A stretch of DNA of 64,000 nucleotides. Origin: an uncultured Candidatus Saccharibacteria bacterium (GTDB lineage Bacteria > Patescibacteriota > Minisyncoccia > Phycocordibacterales > UBA2100). Shown piece after piece: positions 47,933 to 60,604 of this stretch. Below the pieces are notes generated by a model. It saw only the letters and a list, made by a program, of their open reading frames with translations. It did no database searches and had not been told where the DNA came from. Where the stretch lies: positions 5,266 to 69,265 of the forward strand of contig CAYNND010000005.1 in NCBI GenBank assembly GCA_964398775.1. Reading direction: 5' to 3'. The position numbers were made by a program, and so were the translations under genes. Every line of letters begins with the position of its first letter. Position 1 is the first letter of the stretch.

Positions 47933-49235
47933 TTAAAGTTTTATGTAATGCAATCACCGATGACTGTGCGGCATCCTCCTTCACAATAAACGTTATACTG
48001 ACACCTGTCGCAGATTCTGAAATCATGCGTACTGGGACATTCATTTTTTCGAAAGTAGTGCAAGCAGTTTTCATGACGCTGGATACGTGCATACCTGCCC
48101 CTACAATGCATATAACCGCACAATTGTGGGTTACTTCAACTGCACCGATTGACCTGAGCGACTCTACAAGCGCTGAGGTATGAGCAGATGATGCATAACT
48201 GCATGATACACTCACTACAGAAGTTGCGATTACATCAACAGCAACCTCATGCTCTTCAAAGCATCTGAACATGCGTGCCATGAGGCCTGTACCGTCAAAG
48301 AAATCCGGACTATGCACGGTGACCACGGTTGTACCTTTCTTTGAGGTTATCGCCTTTGCCATTTTAGTATGGTTTTTCGGAGTTTGAGCTTGTATCAAAG
48401 TTCCTGTTCCTTGAGGTTTGAATGTGTTCAATACTCGCACTGGCACACCTTTTTCCATTGCTGGGAGCATTGTTTTTGGATGAAGTACTTTTGCACCAAA
48501 GTAGGCTAGTTCACCGGCTTCTTCATATTGCAATGCTGGTATAAGTCGAGCAGATGGAACAACACGAGGGTCAGTTGAGAGGACTCCGTCAACTTCTTTC
48601 CATATCTGGATCTCAGCGGCAGAGATTGAGCCACCGATAATTGCCGTAGTGTAATCAGAACCACCACGTCCAAGGGTAGTGACTGAACCTTTTTTTGTTT
48701 TCCCAATAAAACCTGTTACAACAGGTACTTTTGTGTATGCTTGGAAAAAAGACTTGATTGCTGCAGGTGTTTCTGAAAGTGGCTCAGAGTTTCCGTGCAC
48801 ATTTGTTGTAAGCATGCCGATATCCCATGCGTCATACGCTATTGAATCAACACCTCTTTTTTGAAGAAGTGCAGCCACAATCCGAGCCGATAATCTCTCA
48901 CCGAATGATACAAAGCGATCTCGAACCGCAAGCGATTGAGTTACATTTTTTGATGATAGTTTTTTCAGCTCATTCAGTAAAGGCTCGACACCATCGCAAG
49001 ACAGTTCGAGTTGTTCGATAATGTTCGCATGCCTCTGTGCCAATAAAGACACCTTATGAAGGCGTGCAGTGACTGAACGTTCATGGTATATCTCCAAAAG
49101 TGCATCTGTTACACCTGCAACCGCAGAAACAACCACAATTGGTTGCTGAGCAATTCGCGCTTTAATTATTTTAACAACGCTCTGGATACTTTCAGCAGTA
49201 CCAACAGATGTGCCGCCAAACTTCATTACTATCAT
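47925..49235 (-). CDS. lysC: Aspartate kinase
   Basis: MIVMKFGGTSVGTAESI amino-acid-kinase N-terminus; C-terminal tandem ACT domains. The ORF is open to 49265 (GTG); the first ATG is at 49235. Confidence 0.85.
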   Translation of the reverse strand: MIVMKFGGTSVGTAESIQSVVKIIKARIAQQPIVVVSAVAGVTDALLEIYHERSVTARLHKVSLLAQRHANIIEQLELSCDGVEPLLNELKKLSSKNVTQSLAVRDRFVSFGERLSARIVAALLQKRGVDSIAYDAWDIGMLTTNVHGNSEPLSETPAAIKSFFQAYTKVPVVTGFIGKTKKGSVTTLGRGGSDYTTAIIGGSISAAEIQIWKEVDGVLSTDPRVVPSARLIPALQYEEAGELAYFGAKVLHPKTMLPAMEKGVPVRVLNTFKPQGTGTLIQAQTPKNHTKMAKAITSKKGTTVVTVHSPDFFDGTGLMARMFRCFEEHEVAVDVIATSVVSVSCSYASSAHTSALVESLRSIGAVEVTHNCAVICIVGAGMHVSSVMKTACTTFEKMNVPVRMISESATGVSITFIVKEDAAQSSVIALHKTLIA

Positions 49236-49413
49236 AGAATCAACAATTACCCTGTAATGACTCACTGATGTCAGTGAGTTGTTGTGGAGCTATGCTCCGT
49301 CTTTCTATGCAGCGCTTCTGACGACACGAAGAAACTTCAGTCGGAATGATCGTGCTCTATAAACTCTAGCATGTAATTCACGGATTACAATCCTTGTGTG
49401 ATACACTTTCACC

Positions 49414-50436
49414 ATGAAGACAGCACGTATCGCGATTATTGGAAAAGGAAACATAGGAAATACTCTTGCAGAGCGTGCACAAGCACTGGGGCATCAGATT
49501 TCAGCGCATATAAGTCGCTCAGAATTTAAAAATCATCGCGGAGATACTGTCGCACACACTTTCGATAATTTCGCAACGTTTATAGAGCACTACCCTGAAG
49601 AGCGTCCTGAGATTGTTTGTTTGGCTATACCAACTCTGGATACTGGTGAGATTGCTGCTCAGCTAATCACAGATGCTCTATCACTTGGAATCCATGTTGT
49701 TACGTGCGAAAAAGGCTCACTTTCATATCATGCAGATGAGCTTTTAACTGCAGCATCACCTGCACAACTTCGTTATTCAGCATCAGTAGGAGGAGGTACG
49801 ATGATGCTTCCGTATATGTATATGAGAAATATGCAGGAGCGGGTTATTCAAATGGATGCAGTAATAAACGGAACATGCAATTTTATTTTCCATCAAACTG
49901 CACAAAGTGGACGCACTCTAGGAGAAGCATGTGATGAAGCTGCTCGGCTTGGATATGCAGAACCTGGGAGCAAAGAACCTTTAAGTCTTATAAATGGAGA
50001 ATTGAAAGATGTTCGCATGAAGACATGCGTACTCTTTAATACGGTATTGGCTCAGAAATTGCGCATTACGCCGCGCGACCTCGGTTCTCTATCCCTCAAC
50101 GAAGCAACACTAGATGAACTCAGTAGGTATTCGGGTAGTGTGCGGCTTGTTGTGCAATTTACAAACACAGAAAACGCCAAAATAGCTGAGTATAGTGGTT
50201 GCCAGTTTGTCACTTCAGTTGACGGATGGACAATCCAAGGAGGGTTTCGTAACCTTCAAAAGGAGCCTGAGCTGCTCCAGTGGCTTCCAGGAGGTGTCGG
50301 AAACGCAATCCACATCACAGAGGGTAAGCTAGGAAGTGGCGGAAGGTACACACTGACAGGACCGGGTGCAGGGGCTGAGGCGACTACATCAGCTATGCTC
50401 AACGACATTCATGAAATACTAACAACTCGATACTAA
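49414..50436 (+). CDS. hom: Homoserine dehydrogenase-like oxidoreductase
   Basis: N-terminal IAIIGKGNIGNTL NAD-binding motif; central …VINGTCNFIF…LGYAEPGSKEP… block resembling the homoserine DH catalytic domain. Confidence 0.6.
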   Translation: MKTARIAIIGKGNIGNTLAERAQALGHQISAHISRSEFKNHRGDTVAHTFDNFATFIEHYPEERPEIVCLAIPTLDTGEIAAQLITDALSLGIHVVTCEKGSLSYHADELLTAASPAQLRYSASVGGGTMMLPYMYMRNMQERVIQMDAVINGTCNFIFHQTAQSGRTLGEACDEAARLGYAEPGSKEPLSLINGELKDVRMKTCVLFNTVLAQKLRITPRDLGSLSLNEATLDELSRYSGSVRLVVQFTNTENAKIAEYSGCQFVTSVDGWTIQGGFRNLQKEPELLQWLPGGVGNAIHITEGKLGSGGRYTLTGPGAGAEATTSAMLNDIHEILTTRY

Positions 50437-50502
50437 AATCCTTTACATTCTGTGAAAATGCGTTAGAGTACAAATCACTAATTCATAACAATATCTAAAG
50501 AG

Positions 50503-51900
50503 ATGAAACGCGCACGTGCATCAGCACACAAACATGCGAAGAATGGTTTCAGAAAGATGTGGAAACTCGGCATAGAAGAGGTTAACACAGGGATGTTTGA
50601 TATAAGTGATGATGGTTCACTTGTTGTTCGAGAGGGAAACTTCCAATACAACATCCATGACATAGTAAAGAAGTACGGCACTTCAACCGAAATCCTCTTC
50701 CCTACGATCATTGAAAATCGAGTTCGAGACATGATTGAGACATTCAATGCCTACATTAAAGTGCTCGGATACAAAGGCAAATACCACTATCATTACCCAA
50801 TGAAGGTGAATCAGAACAAGGAATTCGTTCTTCCTGCAGTTGCTGAAGGCGCAAACCTTGAAGTTGCCTCTGCAAACGAATTATTTTTAGTGAAGCGAAT
50901 GATTGAACAGAACAAATTTACGAACAGTATTCGTGTGCTCTGCAATGGACCGAAAACAGAACGTTATATTGAACTTATCGAAGAGTTGAAATCTAAAGGA
51001 CTTGTTGTTATACCTATTATCGAAGACCATAGTGAGCTTGAGCGAATGAGGCGTTTCAAAGGTGAGGTTGGCATACGTGTTGACTTAAACATTAAAGTCG
51101 ACAGTCATTGGGATAAACGATTTAACCGATTTGGCTTTACTGAAGAAGAGCTTGTTTCTCTAGGTACAATACGAAACCTCTCAATACTTCACTACCATAT
51201 TTCAAGCCAGATTGAGCATATAGATGGCCTTATACGTCCGATGCAGCGAGCAATTGAACTGTACGCAAAGATGCGCCTAAAAAACCCTGGTCTCGACTCA
51301 CTTGATATTGGCGGTGGTGCTGGTATTCCATACAATAAGAACAAGCAACTCTATAACACCAAAAATCTAATACAACGAATTGTTAAGACGGCAAAGGCTA
51401 CTTGCGATAAATTGAATGTAAAACATCCGACACTCATCTCAGAATGGGGACGATATGCTGTTGCACCTGCACAAATAACTATATACAAAGTTATCGCTGA
51501 GAAAGAGATTGCACAGAAGGATAAGCATAAATGGTATGTGGTTGATGGGAGTTTTATGAATGATCTTACAGACACATGGGCATTGCACCAAAAGTGGCAT
51601 GTTGTACCAGTAAACAGTATGAAACACCACAAACTCCAGCATACATGGCTTGCTGGGAGCTCGTGTGACAGTGATGATAAATACACTGCGGGCGGCACAT
51701 CTATACCACTACCTAAAATAAGCGATACTGATAATGGACTCTATATAGCCATCCTCGACACAGGTGCGTATCAAGACTCGCTTGCGTCACATCACTGCAT
51801 GCTCTCGTCACCTCTTAAGCTTCTTGCAAGTAATGGTGAAATTAAGGTTATACGCAAACGCGAAGCTCCTGAAGATGTGGGGAGACAATTTGGATGGTAG
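50503..51900 (+). CDS. speA: Fold-III PLP-dependent decarboxylase, probable biosynthetic arginine decarboxylase (compact SpeA-like)
   Basis: PLP-lysine block YPMKVNQNKEFV; HYHISSQI matches the SpeA HFHLGSQ motif; DIGGGAGIPY glycine-rich loop. Confidence 0.65.
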   Translation: MKRARASAHKHAKNGFRKMWKLGIEEVNTGMFDISDDGSLVVREGNFQYNIHDIVKKYGTSTEILFPTIIENRVRDMIETFNAYIKVLGYKGKYHYHYPMKVNQNKEFVLPAVAEGANLEVASANELFLVKRMIEQNKFTNSIRVLCNGPKTERYIELIEELKSKGLVVIPIIEDHSELERMRRFKGEVGIRVDLNIKVDSHWDKRFNRFGFTEEELVSLGTIRNLSILHYHISSQIEHIDGLIRPMQRAIELYAKMRLKNPGLDSLDIGGGAGIPYNKNKQLYNTKNLIQRIVKTAKATCDKLNVKHPTLISEWGRYAVAPAQITIYKVIAEKEIAQKDKHKWYVVDGSFMNDLTDTWALHQKWHVVPVNSMKHHKLQHTWLAGSSCDSDDKYTAGGTSIPLPKISDTDNGLYIAILDTGAYQDSLASHHCMLSSPLKLLASNGEIKVIRKREAPEDVGRQFGW

Positions 51901-51901
51901 C

Positions 51902-52810
51902 CTAACGAAGAGGTTGTGGTGTTTTTACCGGTATGTTCACCGGGTATTTAGTTTCATCCACTGTGCGTTTAAAGCAGTTTTTCCCTTGTCCGTGTTCCCA
52001 GTACTCAGCTTGGTTAAAGGGATATGATTCTGTCGTAGGTGCTATCACTTTGTATTCTGCCGCGAATACTGCACAGAGCTCAAACTCCCTCTCCCCCGTA
52101 GTTGTGTACTGTATGTCTGCGCTGCCTCCAGTTGGAGCGCTGTATCCAGAGATTGGATCATTGAGCTCCAGTAGAGCTTTGGGAAGTTTACCGTTCTTCT
52201 GCCAGTAATCGATAATCTGATACTGTAATGACTGCAAATCCGAAACAATTACCTTGTCGCGTGCAATTTTTCTAAGGTAATTTGGTGACCCTGCAACAAC
52301 AAAGAGCAATACTATAGAAAATACGACAGCAGCACCGACCGTCATACCAACGAGTTCTGAGTGAGATTTATGTTCAACCCAGTACTGCCGAATCTCTTTC
52401 ATGTAGTACCAGAATGAGGCAACTAGTAGCGCTGCAGCCGAGAAGGACTTTAATAAGAACGATGCCGTCATTTCCTCACCGCTTAAAAATGAAGATAGTA
52501 AGATAAATACATCGACTGCAATCGTGGCGACTGAAATGAACAGAATTCCATAAAGTACCCATGTTCGAACCCAAATGTCTTTAGTAGCAGGGTCAGCGCG
52601 CTCAGCCGTATGTACAAGGCGAGTAAGCCAAACATACAACGGGAACGCTATAAGTAGTCCTGCCGCGGCAGTCTGCATACTAGAACCTTCAGGGTAGCCG
52701 GTTGTTACAACATCAATGAGTCCAAACCATAATGATAGCAAGGACGCGCAACTTATAATAAGAGAAACGAGTATTCCTACCCATACAAAAAATGACTGTG
52801 CTGTTTTCAT
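51902..52810 (-). CDS. Hypothetical polytopic membrane protein
   Basis: About six TM helices followed by a soluble C-terminal domain; no recognised family. Confidence 0.45.
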   Translation of the reverse strand: MKTAQSFFVWVGILVSLIISCASLLSLWFGLIDVVTTGYPEGSSMQTAAAGLLIAFPLYVWLTRLVHTAERADPATKDIWVRTWVLYGILFISVATIAVDVFILLSSFLSGEEMTASFLLKSFSAAALLVASFWYYMKEIRQYWVEHKSHSELVGMTVGAAVVFSIVLLFVVAGSPNYLRKIARDKVIVSDLQSLQYQIIDYWQKNGKLPKALLELNDPISGYSAPTGGSADIQYTTTGEREFELCAVFAAEYKVIAPTTESYPFNQAEYWEHGQGKNCFKRTVDETKYPVNIPVKTPQPLR

Positions 52811-52825
52811 ATGGCAAGTATGCCA

Positions 52826-53926
52826 TTAACTGTGCCTAAATTCCATGACGTCGCCATCACGCACAATATACTCTTTTCCTTCAGTTCGTAGCTTCCCGCT
52901 TTCTCGTGCGTTTGCCCATGAGCCGGTTTCTACCAAGTCACTCCAAAATACTGTCTCTGCACGTATGAATTTCTGTTGGAAATCAGTATGTATGACGCCA
53001 GCTGCAACGGGTGCAGTAGCGCCTATTGGTATTGTCCATGCGCGTGTCTCCTCTTCTCCTGATGTAAAGTATGAATGAAGCTTGAGGAGCTGATATCCTG
53101 TTTTGATTAAATTGTCGAGACCGTTTTCCGCAACACCAAACTCATCTCGGAACATGCCACGTTCATCTACAGATACATCTTTCAGGTTACGCTCGACACC
53201 AACATCCACTTTGACTGAGAGTGCGCCAGAATCACGGATGAAAGCTTCGAGCTCAAGGTAGCGTGGGTCGTTCACCTCATCCAAATTAGTAGCGCCAGCT
53301 TTTTTATTCAAAACGTACATTATTGGCTTCATTGTAAGAAGTTGTAGACCTTGAACCAGGAAGCACTCAGCATCATTGAGTGTCGTATTAGATGCCAGTT
53401 TGCCGGATTCAAGAACTGACAATATTTTTTTAAGAGTTGCATCGAGAACAATCGCATCTTTATCACCACGTTTTACGTCCTTTGTGTTTGATTCAATTCT
53501 TTTAGCTACAACCTGCATATCAGCAAGAACAAGTTCCAAGTTAATAACCTCAATGTCTCGCATGGGGTGTACTGAACCATGTACATGTGTTATATCTGCA
53601 TCTTCAAAAATGCGGACAACTTCAGCAATGGCATTAACTTCTCGAATATTTGAAAGAAACTTGTTTCCAAGACCTTCACCTTCAGATGCGCCTTTAACAA
53701 GGCCAGCTATGTCTACAAACTCCACAACGGCCGGGATGATTTTCTTACTGTGCGTAACGTTTGACAATGCTTCGAGGCGTGTGTCAGGAACAGGCACTAT
53801 GCCGACTGACGGGTCAATAGTACAGAAAGGATAGTTTTCAGCAGGAACTGATTTCTCGGTAAGGGCATTGAAAAGTGTTGATTTTCCAACGTTCGGAAGT
53901 CCTACAATGCCAATTGAAAGTGACAT
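52826..53926 (-). CDS. ychF: Ribosome-binding ATPase YchF (Obg-family GTPase)
   Basis: IGIVGLPNVGKSTLFNALT G1 motif; C-terminal TGS-like …GKEYIVRDGDVMEFRHS. The ORF is open to 53968. Confidence 0.9.
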   Translation of the reverse strand: MSLSIGIVGLPNVGKSTLFNALTEKSVPAENYPFCTIDPSVGIVPVPDTRLEALSNVTHSKKIIPAVVEFVDIAGLVKGASEGEGLGNKFLSNIREVNAIAEVVRIFEDADITHVHGSVHPMRDIEVINLELVLADMQVVAKRIESNTKDVKRGDKDAIVLDATLKKILSVLESGKLASNTTLNDAECFLVQGLQLLTMKPIMYVLNKKAGATNLDEVNDPRYLELEAFIRDSGALSVKVDVGVERNLKDVSVDERGMFRDEFGVAENGLDNLIKTGYQLLKLHSYFTSGEEETRAWTIPIGATAPVAAGVIHTDFQQKFIRAETVFWSDLVETGSWANARESGKLRTEGKEYIVRDGDVMEFRHS

Positions 53927-53927
53927 A

Positions 53928-54188
53928 CTAGAATGGACGCTGCTTAATGTGCTGCGCCTGAGGTCCAAGCACCTCTTGGAGCTGCTTTTGGTATTTTTTC
54001 ATCACTTGCATCATGGCAAACATTTGGTGCTCACCTTTCTTTGTCCGCTCTTCCATCTCTTTTGCAATTTTTGTAAAGAGTTCTGGGTTTTTTTCAATAA
54101 GGCCCTGTATCATTTCCTGCATTTCAGGTGATACGCCTTTCATTTGGCTTTGGACCACTTTCTTAGTTAGCCATGATTTTATACTCAT
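53928..54188 (-). CDS. Small Met-rich helical hypothetical protein
   Basis: MSIKSWLTKKVVQSQMKGVSPEMQEMIQGLIEKNPELFTKIAKEMEE… sits between truB and ychF in an apparent operon. Confidence 0.35.
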   Translation of the reverse strand: MSIKSWLTKKVVQSQMKGVSPEMQEMIQGLIEKNPELFTKIAKEMEERTKKGEHQMFAMMQVMKKYQKQLQEVLGPQAQHIKQRPF

Positions 54189-54222
54189 TGCGGTATAGTA
54201 TCGAAAATGCGGCAAACTGCAA

Positions 54223-55026
54223 CTACCAAGATGGCCACCAGAAATGGAAGCCGAGAAAGGAACGTCGCTTACCGATTCGAGTGCGTTTGATTGACAGCGC
54301 ACATGCTTGAGTTGAAAGTGCCCTACCCACCCGCTCAGCAAGCGTCCGCATGTACGTGCCTGACCCTGATATACACACGCATCGAACTATTACATACGTG
54401 CTCAGTAGTGTTGCCTGGAATGCCTCACCCCAGGCCTTCTCAATCTCGATTTGTCTGAAGTCAGTACATGGTTTGCCGCCGTTATACTCTGTGAGCTTAT
54501 GAATTCTAGAGAGAACCAGTTGTTTTAATTCATGCAATTTCACCTCCCGCACTTCTAGCACACGAAGGGCGTCAATTCTCGAGCTTGTAAGTGGAAGTTC
54601 AATTTCATGCAGTCTACCTTCACGTGCCCACATGTGCAGCGCTTTCCCGCGCACTGGTTTTGAGGAGTAATGCGGGTATGGCCATGCATGTGAGCCTATA
54701 AAACTTGTAAGTACGTTTTTAACTTGTGTGCGGCTTGGGTTGATATACAAATCACTAATCTTGGGAATGCCGAGAATATCTCCTGTGTCAGTTGATATAC
54801 CGAGTAGGATTTCTACTTCGTACTCTTTATCCATTGTCCGGTACTTCTTCTCAGCCTTACATTCATCACCAACAAGTACAAGAATCTTACCTTCTGCCAT
54901 AGGGTCAAGCCGTCCGGAATACGAAAGTGGGGTTGATTCAGTGATGACATGCCGTACTCTAAAACGCCGTATAGCTTGCAGTGGTGTCTCACCTATCTTT
55001 TTCCATATAACGCCCGTTCTCATCAC
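54223..55026 (-). CDS. truB: tRNA pseudouridine-55 synthase TruB-like
   Basis: YSGRLDPMAEGKILVLVGD catalytic-Asp motif of the TruB family. Confidence 0.75.
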   Translation of the reverse strand: MMRTGVIWKKIGETPLQAIRRFRVRHVITESTPLSYSGRLDPMAEGKILVLVGDECKAEKKYRTMDKEYEVEILLGISTDTGDILGIPKISDLYINPSRTQVKNVLTSFIGSHAWPYPHYSSKPVRGKALHMWAREGRLHEIELPLTSSRIDALRVLEVREVKLHELKQLVLSRIHKLTEYNGGKPCTDFRQIEIEKAWGEAFQATLLSTYVIVRCVCISGSGTYMRTLAERVGRALSTQACALSIKRTRIGKRRSFLGFHFWWPSW

Positions 55027-55035
55027 TACATTGTA

Positions 55036-55356
55036 CTATGTTCTTGCTGCATTCTGCTTTTTTACAATAGCAAGAAGTGCCTCGATAGAATCGTTTTTAT
55101 GAGTTCTATTGCGCTTTGTGTGTCCACAGACTGTACATTTGTGTGTGAGTACAGTCTCCTGCTTTTCTGTCTCAACAAGAATCGGCTCCATGAGCCCATC
55201 ACACAGGGCAGATCTGTCTCCTGGATTAACATCGACATGTTTACTCCATAAGCACGACGGGCAATGGTTAGTATACCCAGTACCCTTAACAGATACTGAA
55301 CATCTATCGCACGTAAAGTCCTCAACGACACGAGTGAAGCGTTTTGGACCTCTCAT
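55036..55356 (-). CDS. RNHCP-domain zinc-ribbon protein
   Basis: CDRC…GYTNHCPSCLWSKHVD…CTVCGH: RNHCP signature with four Cys pairs. The ORF is open to 55416; the likely start is MRGPKRF, directly after atpC. Confidence 0.6.
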   Translation of the reverse strand: MRGPKRFTRVVEDFTCDRCSVSVKGTGYTNHCPSCLWSKHVDVNPGDRSALCDGLMEPILVETEKQETVLTHKCTVCGHTKRNRTHKNDSIEALLAIVKKQNAART

Positions 55357-55360
55357 GGCT

Positions 55361-55606
55361 CTATAGCAATACGTTAGCTGTATTGTTTGAAACTTCAAGC
55401 ACTCCATGAGTGACATTGAACTGCTTCTTTTCGCCGTTGACTCGAACCGTAACTGTGCCAGGCTTCAAAGTGGTTATAAGTGCTTCATGATGTGCAAGTA
55501 TTGTCATTTCACCCGATACACCAGGAACAGTAATTGACTCAACTTCTCCACTGAAGAGTGGTTCTGTGATTGATGCGATGCTTACTGTCAGTAAATGCTG
55601 GCTCAT
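55361..55606 (-). CDS. atpC: F-type ATP synthase epsilon subunit (N-terminal beta-sandwich only, 81 aa)
   Basis: …SGEVESITVPGVSGEMTILAHHEALITTLKPGTVTV… Last gene of the atp operon; lacks the C-terminal helical hairpin. Confidence 0.85.
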   Translation of the reverse strand: MSQHLLTVSIASITEPLFSGEVESITVPGVSGEMTILAHHEALITTLKPGTVTVRVNGEKKQFNVTHGVLEVSNNTANVLL

Positions 55607-55611
55607 GATTA

Positions 55612-57919
<2,308 letters not shown>

Positions 57920-57925
57920 ACAATA

Positions 57926-59488
57926 CTACTTAGTGAATTCTGGATGAGCATCTTTGAATCGTGCATACGCATCGTCAAGTTTTTTCTTTGTATCATCTTC
58001 AAGTTTTGTAGAATCCTTGATCGTTACGAGTATTGATTCGTGCTGGTTATGTAAGTATTCGAGCAGTGATGCCTCCATCTTTGTGATGTTTGAAACTGGC
58101 ATATCATTGAATGCTCCAGAGATTGCCGCATAGAGCATTGCAACTTGCTCTTCAAATCCCATAGGTTTGTTGTTTCTCTGCTTCAGAATCTCCACCATTC
58201 GCTTTCCTGAATCAATGCGCTTTGCTGTAGCTTCATCAAGATCCTGTGCAAACTGCATAAATGCTTCGAGTTCACGGAATTGAGCAAGCTCAAGTCGCAA
58301 CGTTCCTGCCACTGACTTCATAGCTTTTGTTTGAGCAGAGGAACCAACGCGTGATACAGATATACCAACATCAATTGCAGGACGGATACCTTTGTTGAAA
58401 AGCCCCGCATCAAGGAATATCTGACCGTCGGTAATTGAAATTACGTTTGTCGGGATATACGCAGATACGTCACCTTCCTGTGTTTCGATGATTGGGAGCG
58501 CTGTCAGTGAGCCACCTCCCTTTTCATCAGAAAGTTTTGCTGCTCGCTCAAGAAGACGTGAGTGTAAGTAGAAAATATCTCCAGGGTAGGCTTCACGGCC
58601 TGGTGGACGGCGAAGCAAGAGTGACAATTCGCGGTATGCAATCGCCTGCTTTGAGAGGTCATCGTAAATGACAATCGCGTGCTTGCCTTGGTCCATGAAG
58701 TACTCTCCAATTGCTGCACCAGTAAATGGCGCAAGGAACTGCATTGGCGCAGGTGCTGAAGCGGGCGCAGAAACTATAACAGTGTATTCAAGTGCACCAG
58801 CTTCTTGGAGCTGCGCCATGATGCGCGCTGTCTTACTTTCCTTCTGTCCGATTGCTACGTAAATACAAATTGGGCGCTTTTCCTTAGGCTCGTTTTTCTG
58901 GTTGATGATTGTATCGATTGCTACTGTCGTTTTTCCTGTCGAGCGGTCACCAATGATGAGTTCACGCTGTCCGCGTCCAATTGGGATCATTGAGTCAATT
59001 GCTTTGATGCCTGTGTGCATCGGCTCATTCACAGACTTTCTATCCATCACACCATATGCCTGACGCTCAACTGGGACAAACTTTGGGTTCTGTAGAGCTC
59101 CCTTACCATCAACTGGTTCAGCAAGCGCAGAAAGAACACGTCCGGTGATTGCGTCAGATACAGGGATTGAAAGAATGCGACCTGTGGATACAACAGTCAT
59201 CCCTTCTCGAACCTTACTGACATCACCAAGGACAACAACCTTAACTGATTCTTCTTCCAAGTTAAGTACGAGGCCAAACAGCGCATCAGCATCATGCATT
59301 GCGTCTTTGAGGCTTTTGCCTTCCGTCGATTCAAACTGCACCATTTCCATCATCATGGCTGTTGCAAGGCCTTCCACTTCGGCAACACCATCACCGACTC
59401 GCACTACAGTACCAACGTTGTCCGTCTTTGCAGCAGGTGCGAAATTCTGAATTTCTTTCTTGATTTTTTCAATAATGACTGTATCCAT
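57926..59488 (-). CDS. atpA: F-type ATP synthase alpha subunit
   Basis: Walker A GDRSTGKT, 520 aa, alpha-specific C-terminal domain. Confidence 0.97.
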   Translation of the reverse strand: MDTVIIEKIKKEIQNFAPAAKTDNVGTVVRVGDGVAEVEGLATAMMMEMVQFESTEGKSLKDAMHDADALFGLVLNLEEESVKVVVLGDVSKVREGMTVVSTGRILSIPVSDAITGRVLSALAEPVDGKGALQNPKFVPVERQAYGVMDRKSVNEPMHTGIKAIDSMIPIGRGQRELIIGDRSTGKTTVAIDTIINQKNEPKEKRPICIYVAIGQKESKTARIMAQLQEAGALEYTVIVSAPASAPAPMQFLAPFTGAAIGEYFMDQGKHAIVIYDDLSKQAIAYRELSLLLRRPPGREAYPGDIFYLHSRLLERAAKLSDEKGGGSLTALPIIETQEGDVSAYIPTNVISITDGQIFLDAGLFNKGIRPAIDVGISVSRVGSSAQTKAMKSVAGTLRLELAQFRELEAFMQFAQDLDEATAKRIDSGKRMVEILKQRNNKPMGFEEQVAMLYAAISGAFNDMPVSNITKMEASLLEYLHNQHESILVTIKDSTKLEDDTKKKLDDAYARFKDAHPEFTK

Positions 59489-59509
59489 AACGTTCTTCTA
59501 ATGAATAAA

Positions 59510-59899
59510 CTACTTTCCGACCTCAGTTGAGGTAATTTTGTGATAGAGATTTAATAGCGCTCCTTTGTGACTTGCGTCAGTCCGTTGCGCACCTTTATTC
59601 AGTACGTATCCTCCAATCAGTGTTGAGTCAATCAATACATCTGGCTTGAGGGCGCGCACTTCATCGTGCGTAGATAGTATTGAGTCTGCATCTTCTTGTT
59701 TTGCAACTCGAAGTACAGGCTTCTTTCTATCTTCACGTGCTTGAATGCGCGTGTACGCATTCAGAATGTTTGGAAGCAGAGATAATGCACCCTTTCTTTT
59801 GAGAAAGGCAGTGAGTGCAGCTACAGCGCCCTCTGGTGCAGTACCTGTATCAACCGCTTTTCGTAGTCCGTGTGCAATATCATCTGCTTTCATAATCAA
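59510..59899 (-). CDS. atpH: F-type ATP synthase delta subunit (OSCP), short 129-aa form
   Basis: C-terminal …DSTLIGGYVLNKGAQRTDASHKG OSCP motif; position between atpF and atpA. Confidence 0.8.
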   Translation of the reverse strand: MIMKADDIAHGLRKAVDTGTAPEGAVAALTAFLKRKGALSLLPNILNAYTRIQAREDRKKPVLRVAKQEDADSILSTHDEVRALKPDVLIDSTLIGGYVLNKGAQRTDASHKGALLNLYHKITSTEVGK

Positions 59900-60361
59900 T
59901 TAGTTAGCTTTCTTACCTGTTTCTCCACGAAGTATTTTTTCAGCAACTAAAATGGCTGCTTTTGCAATTTCTTCACGGCTTTCACGCATGGCTTTCTCCT
60001 TTGTCTCTTGGGCACGCATATCTGCGTCGCGCGCGAGTAGTGCAGCCTTTTCTTCAGCAGCAGACAAGATGCCTGCTCCTTTTTCCTCTGCACGAACTTG
60101 CGCTTTTGCAATGATGGAGTCACCCTCACGAGTTGCATCTGCAATGATGACTTTCCCTTCAGTTTCTGCTTCCTTGTTTTTTCGTGCGGCTTCTTCAGCG
60201 TCCTTTACGCCCTGCTCTATAACTCGCTTACGCTCATCGAGCATGGACATGACTGGACCATACAGAAAACGCTTGAGGACAAAGAGAAGAATGCCGAAGT
60301 TCACCATTTGAATGATGAGCAATCTCCAATCAAGGCCGAATGTGCTGATAAGTTCGTTCAT
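59900..60361 (-). CDS. atpF: F-type ATP synthase subunit b
   Basis: N-terminal TM then a long charged helix (…EAEEAARKNKEAETEGK…). Confidence 0.85.
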   Translation of the reverse strand: MNELISTFGLDWRLLIIQMVNFGILLFVLKRFLYGPVMSMLDERKRVIEQGVKDAEEAARKNKEAETEGKVIIADATREGDSIIAKAQVRAEEKGAGILSAAEEKAALLARDADMRAQETKEKAMRESREEIAKAAILVAEKILRGETGKKAN

Positions 60362-60376
60362 ACGCTATTGTGCGAA

Positions 60377-60604
60377 CTAAACAAACTTAATGATGAATGC
60401 AACAACGAGCGCGAGAATACCGAGTGCTTCTGCGAACGCAATAGCAAGGATCATGTTTGAAGCAATCTTACCTGTAGCCTCAGGATTTCGTCCAATTGAC
60501 TCCATTGCACCTTTACCAATAAGACCCACACCGATAGCTGGTCCAAAAACTCCAAGACCTGCTGCGATTGCCATAGCGATTAATTTTGCTGATTCTACTT
60601 CCAT
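60377..60604 (-). CDS. atpE: F-type ATP synthase subunit c
   Basis: 75-aa two-TM hairpin with GRNPE loop and conserved carboxylate (AFAEALGI). Confidence 0.95.
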   Translation of the reverse strand: MEVESAKLIAMAIAAGLGVFGPAIGVGLIGKGAMESIGRNPEATGKIASNMILAIAFAEALGILALVVAFIIKFV

